Origin: Candidatus Coatesbacteria bacterium
Lineage (GTDB): Bacteria > JAFGND01
NCBI GenBank assembly: GCA_016927185.1
Contig: JAFGND010000071.1
Location: 62,001 to 126,000, forward strand
Direction of reading: 5' to 3'
DNA length: 64,000 nt
In this document: piece after piece, positions 9,251 through 18,581 of the stretch
Position numbering within the stretch: position 1 is the first letter of the stretch
Layout of the letters: every line of letters begins with the position of its first letter
The notes under the pieces: model-generated
What the model was told of the DNA's origin: nothing
What the model saw: only the letters and a program-made list of their open reading frames with translations
Databases searched by the model: none
Program-made: the position numbers and the translations under genes

Positions 9251-11914
9251 CTATTGGCAGATTTCAAGTTTCCTTGTTAAATATTCAATAATCTTGTCCA
9301 TGGCTTTTATTCCTCTTTCTCTCTGGGAATTATAAAAAGCTTCTATGGAAATATTCACTTTGTTATTATTTTTAGCTGGACCTCCTGTTGGATCAACTTT
9401 CTGCCAGATTTTTTCAGTTTCTTCCATATAATCAAAATAGAGAGTATTATCCTGAGCTACTGTCAGAAAATAGAGATCTCTTATATTTTTCAGTTCAATA
9501 AGATTTTGCTCCAGGTCAATAAGCTCATTCTTTATAGGAATGTCCAATTCAAGCATTTTTTCTATTGCAATCCTTGGTATAGATTCTGAAACATTCAGAT
9601 GGGATTTAAGCATATGAAGAACCATTACAATATCTCTTAAACCACCTGGTGCTTCTTTTATATTATTAGGTTCATTCTCATAGTATGAACGTCTTTCATA
9701 AAGTTCTTTCAGCATTTTTTCTATAAAAATCCTTGAGCGATCAAAAACATACTTCTTCCTTATCTCCTCTTCAAATCTATACTTATAATTCTTGTTGCCT
9801 ATTATTACATGTCCATCAAGCAATTGAGACCTGTAAATGAAATCCTGTTCAGTATCGTTTTCAAGAAGATCCTTTATCTGTTGGAAATCAATAAGGATTG
9901 TGCCAATTTCTTCAGTGAAATAATTATGCAATCTTGTTCTTACCTGGAAAAGAAATGTAGAAAACTTGCTTACGATACTCTTGAACATGTTTTCTTCTTT
10001 TTCTGATAAATCATCAACAAGTATTACGGCATCATAATCTTCATTATAGCTATCTCCTCTTCCATTACCACCAGTAGAGAGGAATAAAATGCTATCTTTC
10101 AGACTGGGAGGATTTTTATCCCTGAATCTCTCATGCAATTCTTTTACTGTTGCTGAATGACATAACTCAAGCAATGTAAGAGCAAACAGATCATAGAATC
10201 TAGTAAATTGCCTGTTAAAATGTATTATATTTATGAATCCCAGCTTTATCATTGAAAGTCTTACAAATTCAAGATAGTAAAAAGACTGGAGAAGTTCAGA
10301 TTTGTTATCAAGTCTTTTTGATAGCGTATATTCCTGAAGCGTTTGCCTGATCTTTTTCTTGAACCAATCATTATCATCAAGATGTTCTATATGCTCTGGA
10401 AATCTTGCATAGAGCTCGTCGCAGAAACCTTTTAAATATCTGCTGCCTATTTTGTGAAGATCACTTAGCTGCTTTGCTGTCTTAATTGTATTGAGAGCAA
10501 GTCCTCTATCCTCTAATTCACTAATGAGATTTTGTATCGCTTTTTCATCTTTGATATTGAAAAACGCAAATAAATACTTGCTATCTGGCATCCATCCTTG
10601 CTTGAAACTTTCAGTATAACCAATGTTCATACCTTTTAAGTGATTTACAATTACATTATCCACCAGCTTTTCAGATGTCTTGTGGAGTTCAGCAATGGTT
10701 TTCTTATAATTGTTTAGAAGCTGTTCACATTTGTTTTTTCCTATATATCCCATTACACCAGCTAACCAGTTAAGAATATCATTTCCTTCTTCTGTAATAT
10801 CTATATCTGTCTGTTCTGTCACTGCTACCTGATAAGTCATTCTCAAAACATCAATGAAAGCAAGGTGTTGAGCAAGGTCTGCATAGATTTCACTGTGGTT
10901 ATTATCAATTAGACTTAGTTCATATATTGTTTGATATATGGATTTGTTTTTTATCCTGAATATGCTTTTAATGCTTGTTACAAGAGCTTTTATTAATCTG
11001 TAGCCAGTTTCTTTCGGATTTATCATACCTTCCTGTGGCTTGAATTTTACAAGGTTGTTTATTTCTGATAATGCGCTAAACAGAAAATTTTCGTGGTAAT
11101 AATTCATTGTTGGATCTGAGAAATAGAATCTTTCAAGTACTTCGTCTTCGAAAAGATTATACATGTAATTATCACCAGCAACAAAATATGATCCCAGGGC
11201 TTGTGATATGACAACAAAATCTCCTCTATTATCATCGAAGTATTTTATGAACTCATGTTGATTTAATGCAAAGGATTGATTCCCTATTGTTTCTGATAGA
11301 TAATGGTGGGGAATTAATCCACTGGAATGAAGTATTTGATTTATCTGAACAATTGTCTTGTTAGCCATTTGTTTATCATCTTCTTCATTATAAATAATGC
11401 ATAAATCAACGTCATCCTGATCGCTCAGACTTCCTACATTTAGAAGAGCGAAAGGTAAATATATTGTATCACTAAAAAACTGAGAAAGGACTCTCAAGTA
11501 AGATCTTACTAAAGCTATCCATCCTTTTCTGAATGAAAGTAAGCTTTTTCTGTAAATATCCTGAGTAAAAGCTCTTAAGCTTCTCATGTGAGAAAGACTC
11601 TTTACCCATGCCCTGTTTTCACCCAGGAAATGCAATATAAAGTAAGTTTGAAGAAGATTTTTTGTTTCTCTTGGAGGGCTTTCAAGAAGTATTTTGAAAA
11701 AATCTTTTGCATATGGTAAAGGAGTATCTAAACCATATTTCTCTTTTGCCAACTCAATATGGGGAAATAGAATCAATAGCCTTGCAAGATTGTCTTCAAG
11801 ATATTCAAGCAATGGTTTGTAATGAGTTCCAAGTTTAGAGTAATCTTTATTTAGAACTGATAAGAATTCCTTTATCTCTGCCTTGGTATGAACAAAATAG
11901 AAGTCTATTGACAT
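9251..11914 (-). CDS. Tandem GlnD/GlnE-type nucleotidyltransferase (two NTase + helical units)
   Basis: Unit 1: LLNVGSLSDQDDVDLCIIY ... INPKETGYRLI. Unit 2: STGGNGRGDSYNEDYDAVILV ... NIKEAPGGLRDI. No HD or ACT domain seen. Confidence 0.7.
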   Translation of the reverse strand: MSIDFYFVHTKAEIKEFLSVLNKDYSKLGTHYKPLLEYLEDNLARLLILFPHIELAKEKYGLDTPLPYAKDFFKILLESPPRETKNLLQTYFILHFLGENRAWVKSLSHMRSLRAFTQDIYRKSLLSFRKGWIALVRSYLRVLSQFFSDTIYLPFALLNVGSLSDQDDVDLCIIYNEEDDKQMANKTIVQINQILHSSGLIPHHYLSETIGNQSFALNQHEFIKYFDDNRGDFVVISQALGSYFVAGDNYMYNLFEDEVLERFYFSDPTMNYYHENFLFSALSEINNLVKFKPQEGMINPKETGYRLIKALVTSIKSIFRIKNKSIYQTIYELSLIDNNHSEIYADLAQHLAFIDVLRMTYQVAVTEQTDIDITEEGNDILNWLAGVMGYIGKNKCEQLLNNYKKTIAELHKTSEKLVDNVIVNHLKGMNIGYTESFKQGWMPDSKYLFAFFNIKDEKAIQNLISELEDRGLALNTIKTAKQLSDLHKIGSRYLKGFCDELYARFPEHIEHLDDNDWFKKKIRQTLQEYTLSKRLDNKSELLQSFYYLEFVRLSMIKLGFINIIHFNRQFTRFYDLFALTLLELCHSATVKELHERFRDKNPPSLKDSILFLSTGGNGRGDSYNEDYDAVILVDDLSEKEENMFKSIVSKFSTFLFQVRTRLHNYFTEEIGTILIDFQQIKDLLENDTEQDFIYRSQLLDGHVIIGNKNYKYRFEEEIRKKYVFDRSRIFIEKMLKELYERRSYYENEPNNIKEAPGGLRDIVMVLHMLKSHLNVSESIPRIAIEKMLELDIPIKNELIDLEQNLIELKNIRDLYFLTVAQDNTLYFDYMEETEKIWQKVDPTGGPAKNNNKVNISIEAFYNSQRERGIKAMDKIIEYLTRKLEICQ

Positions 11915-12137
11915 TTGAACTCCTTAAAAAAAATTTGAAAAAATAAACATATACAGGCAGTTTAAGTCAAGTTTAAAAAGGTTTTGCAGACTCATAAATA
12001 TGAGAAAATTCTTAAATCAACCATAAAAGGAAATAGCTTTCCATAACCAATTTTACTGGAAAACTTAAAAATATAAATTGCTTGACGATTGTATGACAAC
12101 TTTTGTTCTCAATCTATCGCTTTTTTGAAGGGAGATT

Positions 12138-12866
12138 ATGTTTAAAAGCAATCTGGTAAGTGTTGTTATACCATGCTTTAACGAGGAAAAAGGTATCCAG
12201 GATACAATCCTTCAAATAAAAGAGCTTGGAGATATTATTGATGAAATATTGGTTGTTGATAATAACTCAACTGATAATACTGGCAAAGTAGCTGAAGAAC
12301 TAGGAGCAAGAGTTGTCTTTGAGAAAATTCCAGGTTATGGAAGAGCTTATAAAACTGGATTAGCTGCTGCAAAAGGATATTATATAGCAACACTGGATGG
12401 AGATGCTACATATCCTGCTGACAAAATCCCCTATTTGCTTGAAGTCTTACATAATGAGAATCTTGATTTTATTTCCGCTTGCAGAAAGCCTACAGACTGG
12501 CATTTCAATATTGAATCAATCCTCAGGCTTGCAGGAAACAGAGTATTGACAACAACGTTGTGGATATTGTTTTTCTGCTATCTTGTTGATAGTCAATCTG
12601 GAATGTGGGTCTTTAAGCACGATATTCTTCATTTATTTGATTTGACAAGTGATGGAATGCCTTTCAGTGAGGAACTGAAAATTGAAGCATTCAGAAAAAA
12701 AGAATTAAAGGTAAAAGAAGTCCCAATAATATTCAGATATCATGACAGACAAGGTCCATCTAAGCTTAATTTGTGGAAAGATGGCATGATGAATCTGCAG
12801 TTTTTGTTCAAAAAGAGACTGGGATTAATAAACAAGAACGAAATAGCAGATTTCAGAAGAAGTTAG
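12138..12866 (+). CDS. Family 2 glycosyltransferase, polyprenol-phosphate glycosyltransferase (DPM1-like)
   Basis: VSVVIPCFNEE, VVDNNSTD, GYGRA, LDGDATY, DSQSGM, R.GPSKL. Confidence 0.9.
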   Translation: MFKSNLVSVVIPCFNEEKGIQDTILQIKELGDIIDEILVVDNNSTDNTGKVAEELGARVVFEKIPGYGRAYKTGLAAAKGYYIATLDGDATYPADKIPYLLEVLHNENLDFISACRKPTDWHFNIESILRLAGNRVLTTTLWILFFCYLVDSQSGMWVFKHDILHLFDLTSDGMPFSEELKIEAFRKKELKVKEVPIIFRYHDRQGPSKLNLWKDGMMNLQFLFKKRLGLINKNEIADFRRS

Positions 12867-12873
12867 TTCATCT

Positions 12874-13920
12874 ATGCTCGTTCTTAAAACATTGCAATTG
12901 CTATATAAACTCAGAAAAGGCAAGATATCTGCAATAAGTTATAATATCACAAATAGATGTAATTGCAGATGCCTTATGTGCAGTGTATGGAAGCATGATG
13001 TCAGGGAACTAAAAATTGATGAGCAAAGAAAGATATTCACTCATCTCAAGAAAAATGGTTTAATTCTGGTTGAAATAACAGGAGGAGAACCTTTACTCAG
13101 AAAAGACCTGTTCGAGTTTACCAGTTTGCTCGATGAACTTGGATTTCTTTATACTATAAATACAAATGGTCTTCTTCTTGATGAAGATAAAATAATTAGG
13201 TTGAATGAATGTAAGAATTTGCTTCAGATAGCAATTAGTCTGGATAGCCTTGATGAAAAAAAGTATGAAATGCTCAGAGGAGTGGATGGTTTTAGTATAT
13301 TGATGAAAAACATTGAATTATTAAGGAAATCAACAAACAAAACAATAAAGTGTTCTATGACAATTTCTAGGGAGAATTATAAGGAGTTTGAAAATATGGT
13401 TGTCTGGATCAAGAAAAATAATTTCTTTTTAAGCGTTTTTCCAGTAAATAATGGTGCTGAGTTCTATCACAGATCCGATAATAGTCTATTTGAAGATAAT
13501 CCTCCTGAAGTAATAAATGAAATAGCAAACTTGTTTCAAGAAATCGCAAAAAAGAGAAGGAAGGGAGAGCCTTTTTGGGAATTCTCTGAGTTTTATGAAC
13601 GATGCAAGGATTATCTTTTGAAGAATGAATTGCCTGATTGTGGAGCATCAAGATTATTTATGGATCTTCATGCAGATGGAAGTATAGCAGTGTGCAATGA
13701 TTTTCCTTCTTTCGCAAATCTACTTGATATTCCATTTGAAGAGGCAATGAAAATTGCAGAGAATCAAATGAAAAAAATCAAGTCTTGCTATACTAATACT
13801 CCTTGTTATTATACTTGCAGCTATAATATTGCTTTTATTGCTGAAAAACCATTCAGATATTTGCTGGAGACAATGAAAGTAATGGGTGTATTGAGAATTC
13901 TTGAAAGACTATGGAATTAA
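12874..13920 (+). CDS. Radical SAM protein with C-terminal SPASM/twitch-like Cys cluster
   Basis: CNCRCLMC, TGGEPLLR, NTNG, ISLDS, and C-terminal CGA...DGSIAVC...C....CYYTC. Confidence 0.92.
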   Translation: MLVLKTLQLLYKLRKGKISAISYNITNRCNCRCLMCSVWKHDVRELKIDEQRKIFTHLKKNGLILVEITGGEPLLRKDLFEFTSLLDELGFLYTINTNGLLLDEDKIIRLNECKNLLQIAISLDSLDEKKYEMLRGVDGFSILMKNIELLRKSTNKTIKCSMTISRENYKEFENMVVWIKKNNFFLSVFPVNNGAEFYHRSDNSLFEDNPPEVINEIANLFQEIAKKRRKGEPFWEFSEFYERCKDYLLKNELPDCGASRLFMDLHADGSIAVCNDFPSFANLLDIPFEEAMKIAENQMKKIKSCYTNTPCYYTCSYNIAFIAEKPFRYLLETMKVMGVLRILERLWN

Positions 13921-15662
13921 AAAAGAAGCGAATTCTCATTGAATGGATTGCTTTATTATCAGGTATAAGCTTATTTCTATTTGGCATTTTATACGAGTAT
14001 AAAACCAGATATATATCAACTTTTTTTACAAATATTATCCATTACAATCCACTTCATCCTGACAGTTTCGAATTTACATTAAGAGGGTTTAAATCAGTGC
14101 CTTCATTTCTTATCGGTTTATTTCTGGTTTCGTTTGGATTATCCAGATATGGTAATGAGGTTTTCAATAAAATAAAAATTAAAATTGAAGCAAATTTTGA
14201 GAAGAGAATACTTTTGATAATACTGTTACTGACTTTCATAATCTGCATTATCATAAATATTTATATTCTGCAAAGTGGTGCAATTAGTATAGATGAAACT
14301 TGTTATTTGATACAAGCTAATCTGTTCGCAAGGTTGAAACTCTGGGGAGAACCCCCTCCTCCCGGACATCTTACCTATATGGCAGTATATACAGGCATTA
14401 ACAGGATGTTTGGAGGACATTTCCTGGGACATTCAATCCCACTTTCCATTGGAATATTACTTGGGATGGATTTTCTTATACCAGCATTGCTGGGAAGTAT
14501 TACTTGCTTGATGCTATTTCTTTTCTTTAAAGAAGTATTTGGATTAAAAATAGCAACATGGGCAACTTTTCTTCTTTTCTTATCACCGTTTCATATTTTC
14601 ATATCCTCAGGTTATATGTCTCACTGTGATCATCTGCTTTTCTTGTTGCTTGCTTTTTATTTGCTGGAATTGTTTCTGAAAAGGAAGAGGGATATAAATA
14701 TTTTCTTCAGTGGTTTCTCTATAGGTTTTGCATTTTTCATAAGACCCCTTGAAACGTTACCGATAGTATTTATCCTTATGATTTTGATAATCTATAAACT
14801 GAGAAAAAAATCCATTAAACCTTTTTTGTTTTTTGGTTTAGGAGGAGGTATATGGTTATTTGTTATCTTTCTGACTAATTACTTGTTTTCAGGCTCCATT
14901 TTTATTACCCCAATGAGCATGGTCTCTCCATGGGTAACAACAAGGCTGATTCCGTTTTCTCTTGGCTGGACTTTCTTCAAGGGTATATTGCAGGTATATA
15001 TATACAGTATTTTGTTGAGTTTTGACCTGTTTGGATGGTGGGGTAATTCATTAATATTTATTATCATATTTATGATATTCGGTAGAAACAGATTTGAAAA
15101 TCACTGGACAAAAATATTCATGTTGATTTTGATGATTGCAATTGTATATCAAGTTATTATGCAAAATAATCCCATAACTCCTTATGGTGCAAGGTATTTC
15201 TATGCAGCAATACCCTTGCTTATACTGCTTACGATAAAGGGAATTGAGACTGCAGCAAAGTCAGTAAAAAAACTTGGAATTCCTGTTTATTCCTTTATGG
15301 GATATATTATAATAGGTTTTTTTCTGTTATCTTTCGCCTTTTATATTCCCTTAAAGCAGCATATATCTCGAAACATAATTCAAAGCAATGCTGTCAAGAA
15401 AGGTTTTCCTACTAGAGAGGCAAGGAATATAGTACTTAATGCGAAAAGACCAGCAGTAGTATTGTTTACAGATATGCGCGCCTTGCATGCATTGTATTAT
15501 TTAAATCAAAAATATCCTGATTTGAAACTTGGCTTGAGTAGTGGATTAATGAAAGATCTGGAGTTGAAATCAGAGCTTCCAGAATATAATGTATATTATC
15601 TCAAGTCTCTTCCAGATGATACTCAGATACTTGAATCTCCAGAATGGGGAGAATCCAGATAA
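13911..15662 (+). CDS. GT-C fold integral membrane glycosyltransferase (ArnT/PMT-like)
   Basis: Many TM segments, IDE..Y motif in the first external loop, FIRP, and YGARYFY near the last TMs. Confidence 0.75.
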   Translation: MELKKKRILIEWIALLSGISLFLFGILYEYKTRYISTFFTNIIHYNPLHPDSFEFTLRGFKSVPSFLIGLFLVSFGLSRYGNEVFNKIKIKIEANFEKRILLIILLLTFIICIIINIYILQSGAISIDETCYLIQANLFARLKLWGEPPPPGHLTYMAVYTGINRMFGGHFLGHSIPLSIGILLGMDFLIPALLGSITCLMLFLFFKEVFGLKIATWATFLLFLSPFHIFISSGYMSHCDHLLFLLLAFYLLELFLKRKRDINIFFSGFSIGFAFFIRPLETLPIVFILMILIIYKLRKKSIKPFLFFGLGGGIWLFVIFLTNYLFSGSIFITPMSMVSPWVTTRLIPFSLGWTFFKGILQVYIYSILLSFDLFGWWGNSLIFIIIFMIFGRNRFENHWTKIFMLILMIAIVYQVIMQNNPITPYGARYFYAAIPLLILLTIKGIETAAKSVKKLGIPVYSFMGYIIIGFFLLSFAFYIPLKQHISRNIIQSNAVKKGFPTREARNIVLNAKRPAVVLFTDMRALHALYYLNQKYPDLKLGLSSGLMKDLELKSELPEYNVYYLKSLPDDTQILESPEWGESR

Positions 15663-16654
15663 TGGCAAGAAAAGTAAGGACTCTGGTGACAGGAGCATCT
15701 GGTTTTATTGGTTCTCACTTGGTAGAGGAATTGATAAAAAGAGGACATCAAGTATGGGCATTAGTAAGAGATCCAAAGTATCTGGATAAAATGGATTATG
15801 CTGATCTCTATAAATTTTATGGTGATATCCTGACTATAAATGAACTTACTTATTTTTTCAAGAAGTTGCAATTCGATTACATATTCCATCTTGCGGGTTT
15901 AACCAAATCTTTAGATGAAGACAGTTTCTTCAGGATTAATGTAGAAGCAACCAAGAACCTAATGAATATTGCTCTGGATACGCAGAATAATTTAAAGAGA
16001 TTTTTATTCTTTAGCTCTCTTTCAGCTTCTGGACCAGGAAAAGGAAATGAATTAATCAAAATCTCGCATGAACCAAATCCGATAAGTACTTATGGTAAAA
16101 GTAAGCTTAATGCAGAACAGCTTGTTATAGAAAGCACACTTCCTTATACAATAATAAGACCTCCTGTAGTATATGGACCTCGAGACAAGGATGTTTTCAT
16201 ATATTTCAAACTGGCAAAGAAGTACAATCTCGTACCAATTATTACAGGGAATAGAATACTTAGCATGATATATGTAAAGGATCTGGTTAATGGAAGCATA
16301 AATGCGGTTTTAAGTGATAATACTATAAGTGGTACTTATTTCCTGACAGATGGAAGCTGTCATACATGGGATGAGATTATCAATACTATAAAAGAAATCA
16401 TGGGTATAAAACCAATAAGACTTCCAATACCTTCTTATGGTGTCCATTTTGCTGGAGAGCTGGGAGAGCTTCTTGGAAAATTACAGAAGAAAACAAATAC
16501 ATTGAATAGGGAAAAAGCAGTGGAAATGCTGGCTTTTAACTGGGCTTGTTCTGATGAAGAAGCTGAAAAGGATTTTGATTACAAATCTTCTTGGGATCTT
16601 AAAAAAGGTTTTACTGAAACAATAGATTGGTATATAAAGGAAGCCTGGTTATAA
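15662..16654 (+). CDS. NAD-dependent epimerase/dehydratase (extended SDR)
   Basis: VTGASGFIGSHL, FHLAG, YGKSK, RPPVVYGPRD. Start moved to ATG 15662 because of the TAATG overlap with the upstream stop. Confidence 0.9.
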   Translation: MARKVRTLVTGASGFIGSHLVEELIKRGHQVWALVRDPKYLDKMDYADLYKFYGDILTINELTYFFKKLQFDYIFHLAGLTKSLDEDSFFRINVEATKNLMNIALDTQNNLKRFLFFSSLSASGPGKGNELIKISHEPNPISTYGKSKLNAEQLVIESTLPYTIIRPPVVYGPRDKDVFIYFKLAKKYNLVPIITGNRILSMIYVKDLVNGSINAVLSDNTISGTYFLTDGSCHTWDEIINTIKEIMGIKPIRLPIPSYGVHFAGELGELLGKLQKKTNTLNREKAVEMLAFNWACSDEEAEKDFDYKSSWDLKKGFTETIDWYIKEAWL

Positions 16655-18454
16655 TTAAGGTTCAATTGTAGCTTTTCTATTATTTTCGAAAACTTCCATC
16701 ATTATTACGGAAAGAAAAGCACAAGAAAGTGCAACAAATATTCCTGCAAAAATGAAAGGTATGAAACCGAGAAAAAAAGCAATGATATATCTTGTTTTTT
16801 TCTTTCTGAATGGATAAGGTCTGAATGGAAACCACATGATAAAAGGAAGTCCAAAGAAAACTAGACTCAATCTCAATCCTATATTAATAAAAAACATCAT
16901 TACGAAAAAGAAGGCAACGCCAAAGATGAAAGTTTGATGATATTGAGGGATTCCTGTTTCTCTTGCAAGTATTGTGGGGACAAGATTTAGAAAAGAAAAA
17001 GCTAAGCCAGTCACCAGCGGAAAGTATAACAAAATATGAACCAGATTTATCTTCAAATCTATCTTATTATGAAAGAAACATATGATTATGGCAAAACCAA
17101 CTCCTGTTATTAATCCCCACAAGAACTTATTCAATGTAGTATTGAAAAGAAGTTTAAATCTTTTCCTTTTCTCAGCTAGATATGCAACAAAGAAAAAAAT
17201 GAATTGCATAAATAGCAGAATCATCAGGCTTACTATTATATTAGAGAAAGTAAAAAGCCCTAATCTAGATGCTGCTTTCCTTACATTATTATCTTTATCA
17301 AGGATATAGATTAAAGTCATCTGGAAAGTATTTATGATTGATAGGTATTCTGCTTCATTTATGGTAATCAATGCCTGTTCTCTTTCTCTCGGATTCTTGG
17401 ATTTGAGTTTATTTTCAACAAGATTATAGAAATACCTGAGTTTATAAGGATCTTTAATAATCTGAGGGTAGGCTCTCATAGCTTGAACTCTGATATTTTC
17501 ATCATCACTTTGAAGTGCATATAGTAATGTATCTGAGATTTTTTCTCTTTCCACAGTACTGAGTTTTGTCAAACCCAATGCCTTCATTGTTTCTAAAGCC
17601 TCTTTTCTTACATTGCTGTTTTCATCTGCAACCATAAGCAGTATATCAGGAAGAGCTTGTGAATAACTCGCTTCCTTGATAGATATAAGTGCCAGCTCTT
17701 TTAATCTGGGATCAGGAGATTTAAGATATTTCATTACATATCTTGGAAGATTCTTGCTTTTCTTGTTAATGAGTATTTCAATTATGATTTTATTCAATTC
17801 TTCGTTGTTGCTGTGTTCTAAAGTATTATATAGTTTCTTGTTAAGATCAACAGAACGCATTTCCTGCAAATAGTTCGCAGTCCTATCTCTAATACTTTGT
17901 TTCTGATGTCCCATTAACTCTATGAAGAATTCAAAATACTGATTTATATCAAGAGAACCTAATAATTCTATTGCAGCTTGTTCTTCTGACTTTTCATTGC
18001 TATTTAACAGTTTTTTTATGTTTGTTATTTTTTCCTGTTTTTGTCTTGATTGTAAAACTGGCAGCATCTTTGATAACAAATCCACTCTATCATTACCTGC
18101 TTTATCTTTTATAGGATAACTTGCAGGAGAAGGCTGAGCTAGTATTATTCCATAATACCAGCTAAGAAAAAGTAACCATTTCTCTTTTGGTTTTGCCTCG
18201 AAGAAAAGCTCTTCATTTGGGTCATGCTTTGCTTCCTTGCTTTTTCCTTTTCTCTGTATGTGCAGATTCATGTTCATAATTTTGCCTTTTAGTATCTTGA
18301 TCACTTTTACCTTTTTTTCCTCAGCATTACCTCCTGTAACTTCTGCAACAACTACAATATTTGCTTTTATAAGCAATTCAGCGAGATGGGTTGGTTCATC
18401 CGTGCTTGGCAAAGATAAACTTAATATAAAAAGAGAAATGATCTTTAAAATCAT
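16655..18454 (-). CDS. Exported HEAT-repeat protein with C-terminal multi-TM anchor
   Basis: N-terminal signal-like segment, repeats DENSNVRKEA, DDENIRVQA, KNPREREQA, DKDNNVRKAA, then about 5-6 hydrophobic helices. Confidence 0.75.
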   Translation of the reverse strand: MILKIISLFILSLSLPSTDEPTHLAELLIKANIVVVAEVTGGNAEEKKVKVIKILKGKIMNMNLHIQRKGKSKEAKHDPNEELFFEAKPKEKWLLFLSWYYGIILAQPSPASYPIKDKAGNDRVDLLSKMLPVLQSRQKQEKITNIKKLLNSNEKSEEQAAIELLGSLDINQYFEFFIELMGHQKQSIRDRTANYLQEMRSVDLNKKLYNTLEHSNNEELNKIIIEILINKKSKNLPRYVMKYLKSPDPRLKELALISIKEASYSQALPDILLMVADENSNVRKEALETMKALGLTKLSTVEREKISDTLLYALQSDDENIRVQAMRAYPQIIKDPYKLRYFYNLVENKLKSKNPREREQALITINEAEYLSIINTFQMTLIYILDKDNNVRKAASRLGLFTFSNIIVSLMILLFMQFIFFFVAYLAEKRKRFKLLFNTTLNKFLWGLITGVGFAIIICFFHNKIDLKINLVHILLYFPLVTGLAFSFLNLVPTILARETGIPQYHQTFIFGVAFFFVMMFFINIGLRLSLVFFGLPFIMWFPFRPYPFRKKKTRYIIAFFLGFIPFIFAGIFVALSCAFLSVIMMEVFENNRKATIEP

Positions 18455-18527
18455 GTAATTATTTAAAACTGAGTTTTGTTATTTCTATACTTTCCTTCAG
18501 ATTTATTTTTGTTTTGTCAATTAATTT

Positions 18528-18556
18528 AAAAAAAAGGGTGCAACAACTGCACCCTT
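18528..18556 (-). terminator. Intrinsic terminator after the TPR gene
   Basis: Minus strand AAGGGTGCA-GTTGT-TGCACCCTT hairpin followed by a T run. Confidence 0.8.
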
Positions 18557-18581
18557 AAAATATCAAAATATCGCATATTTG

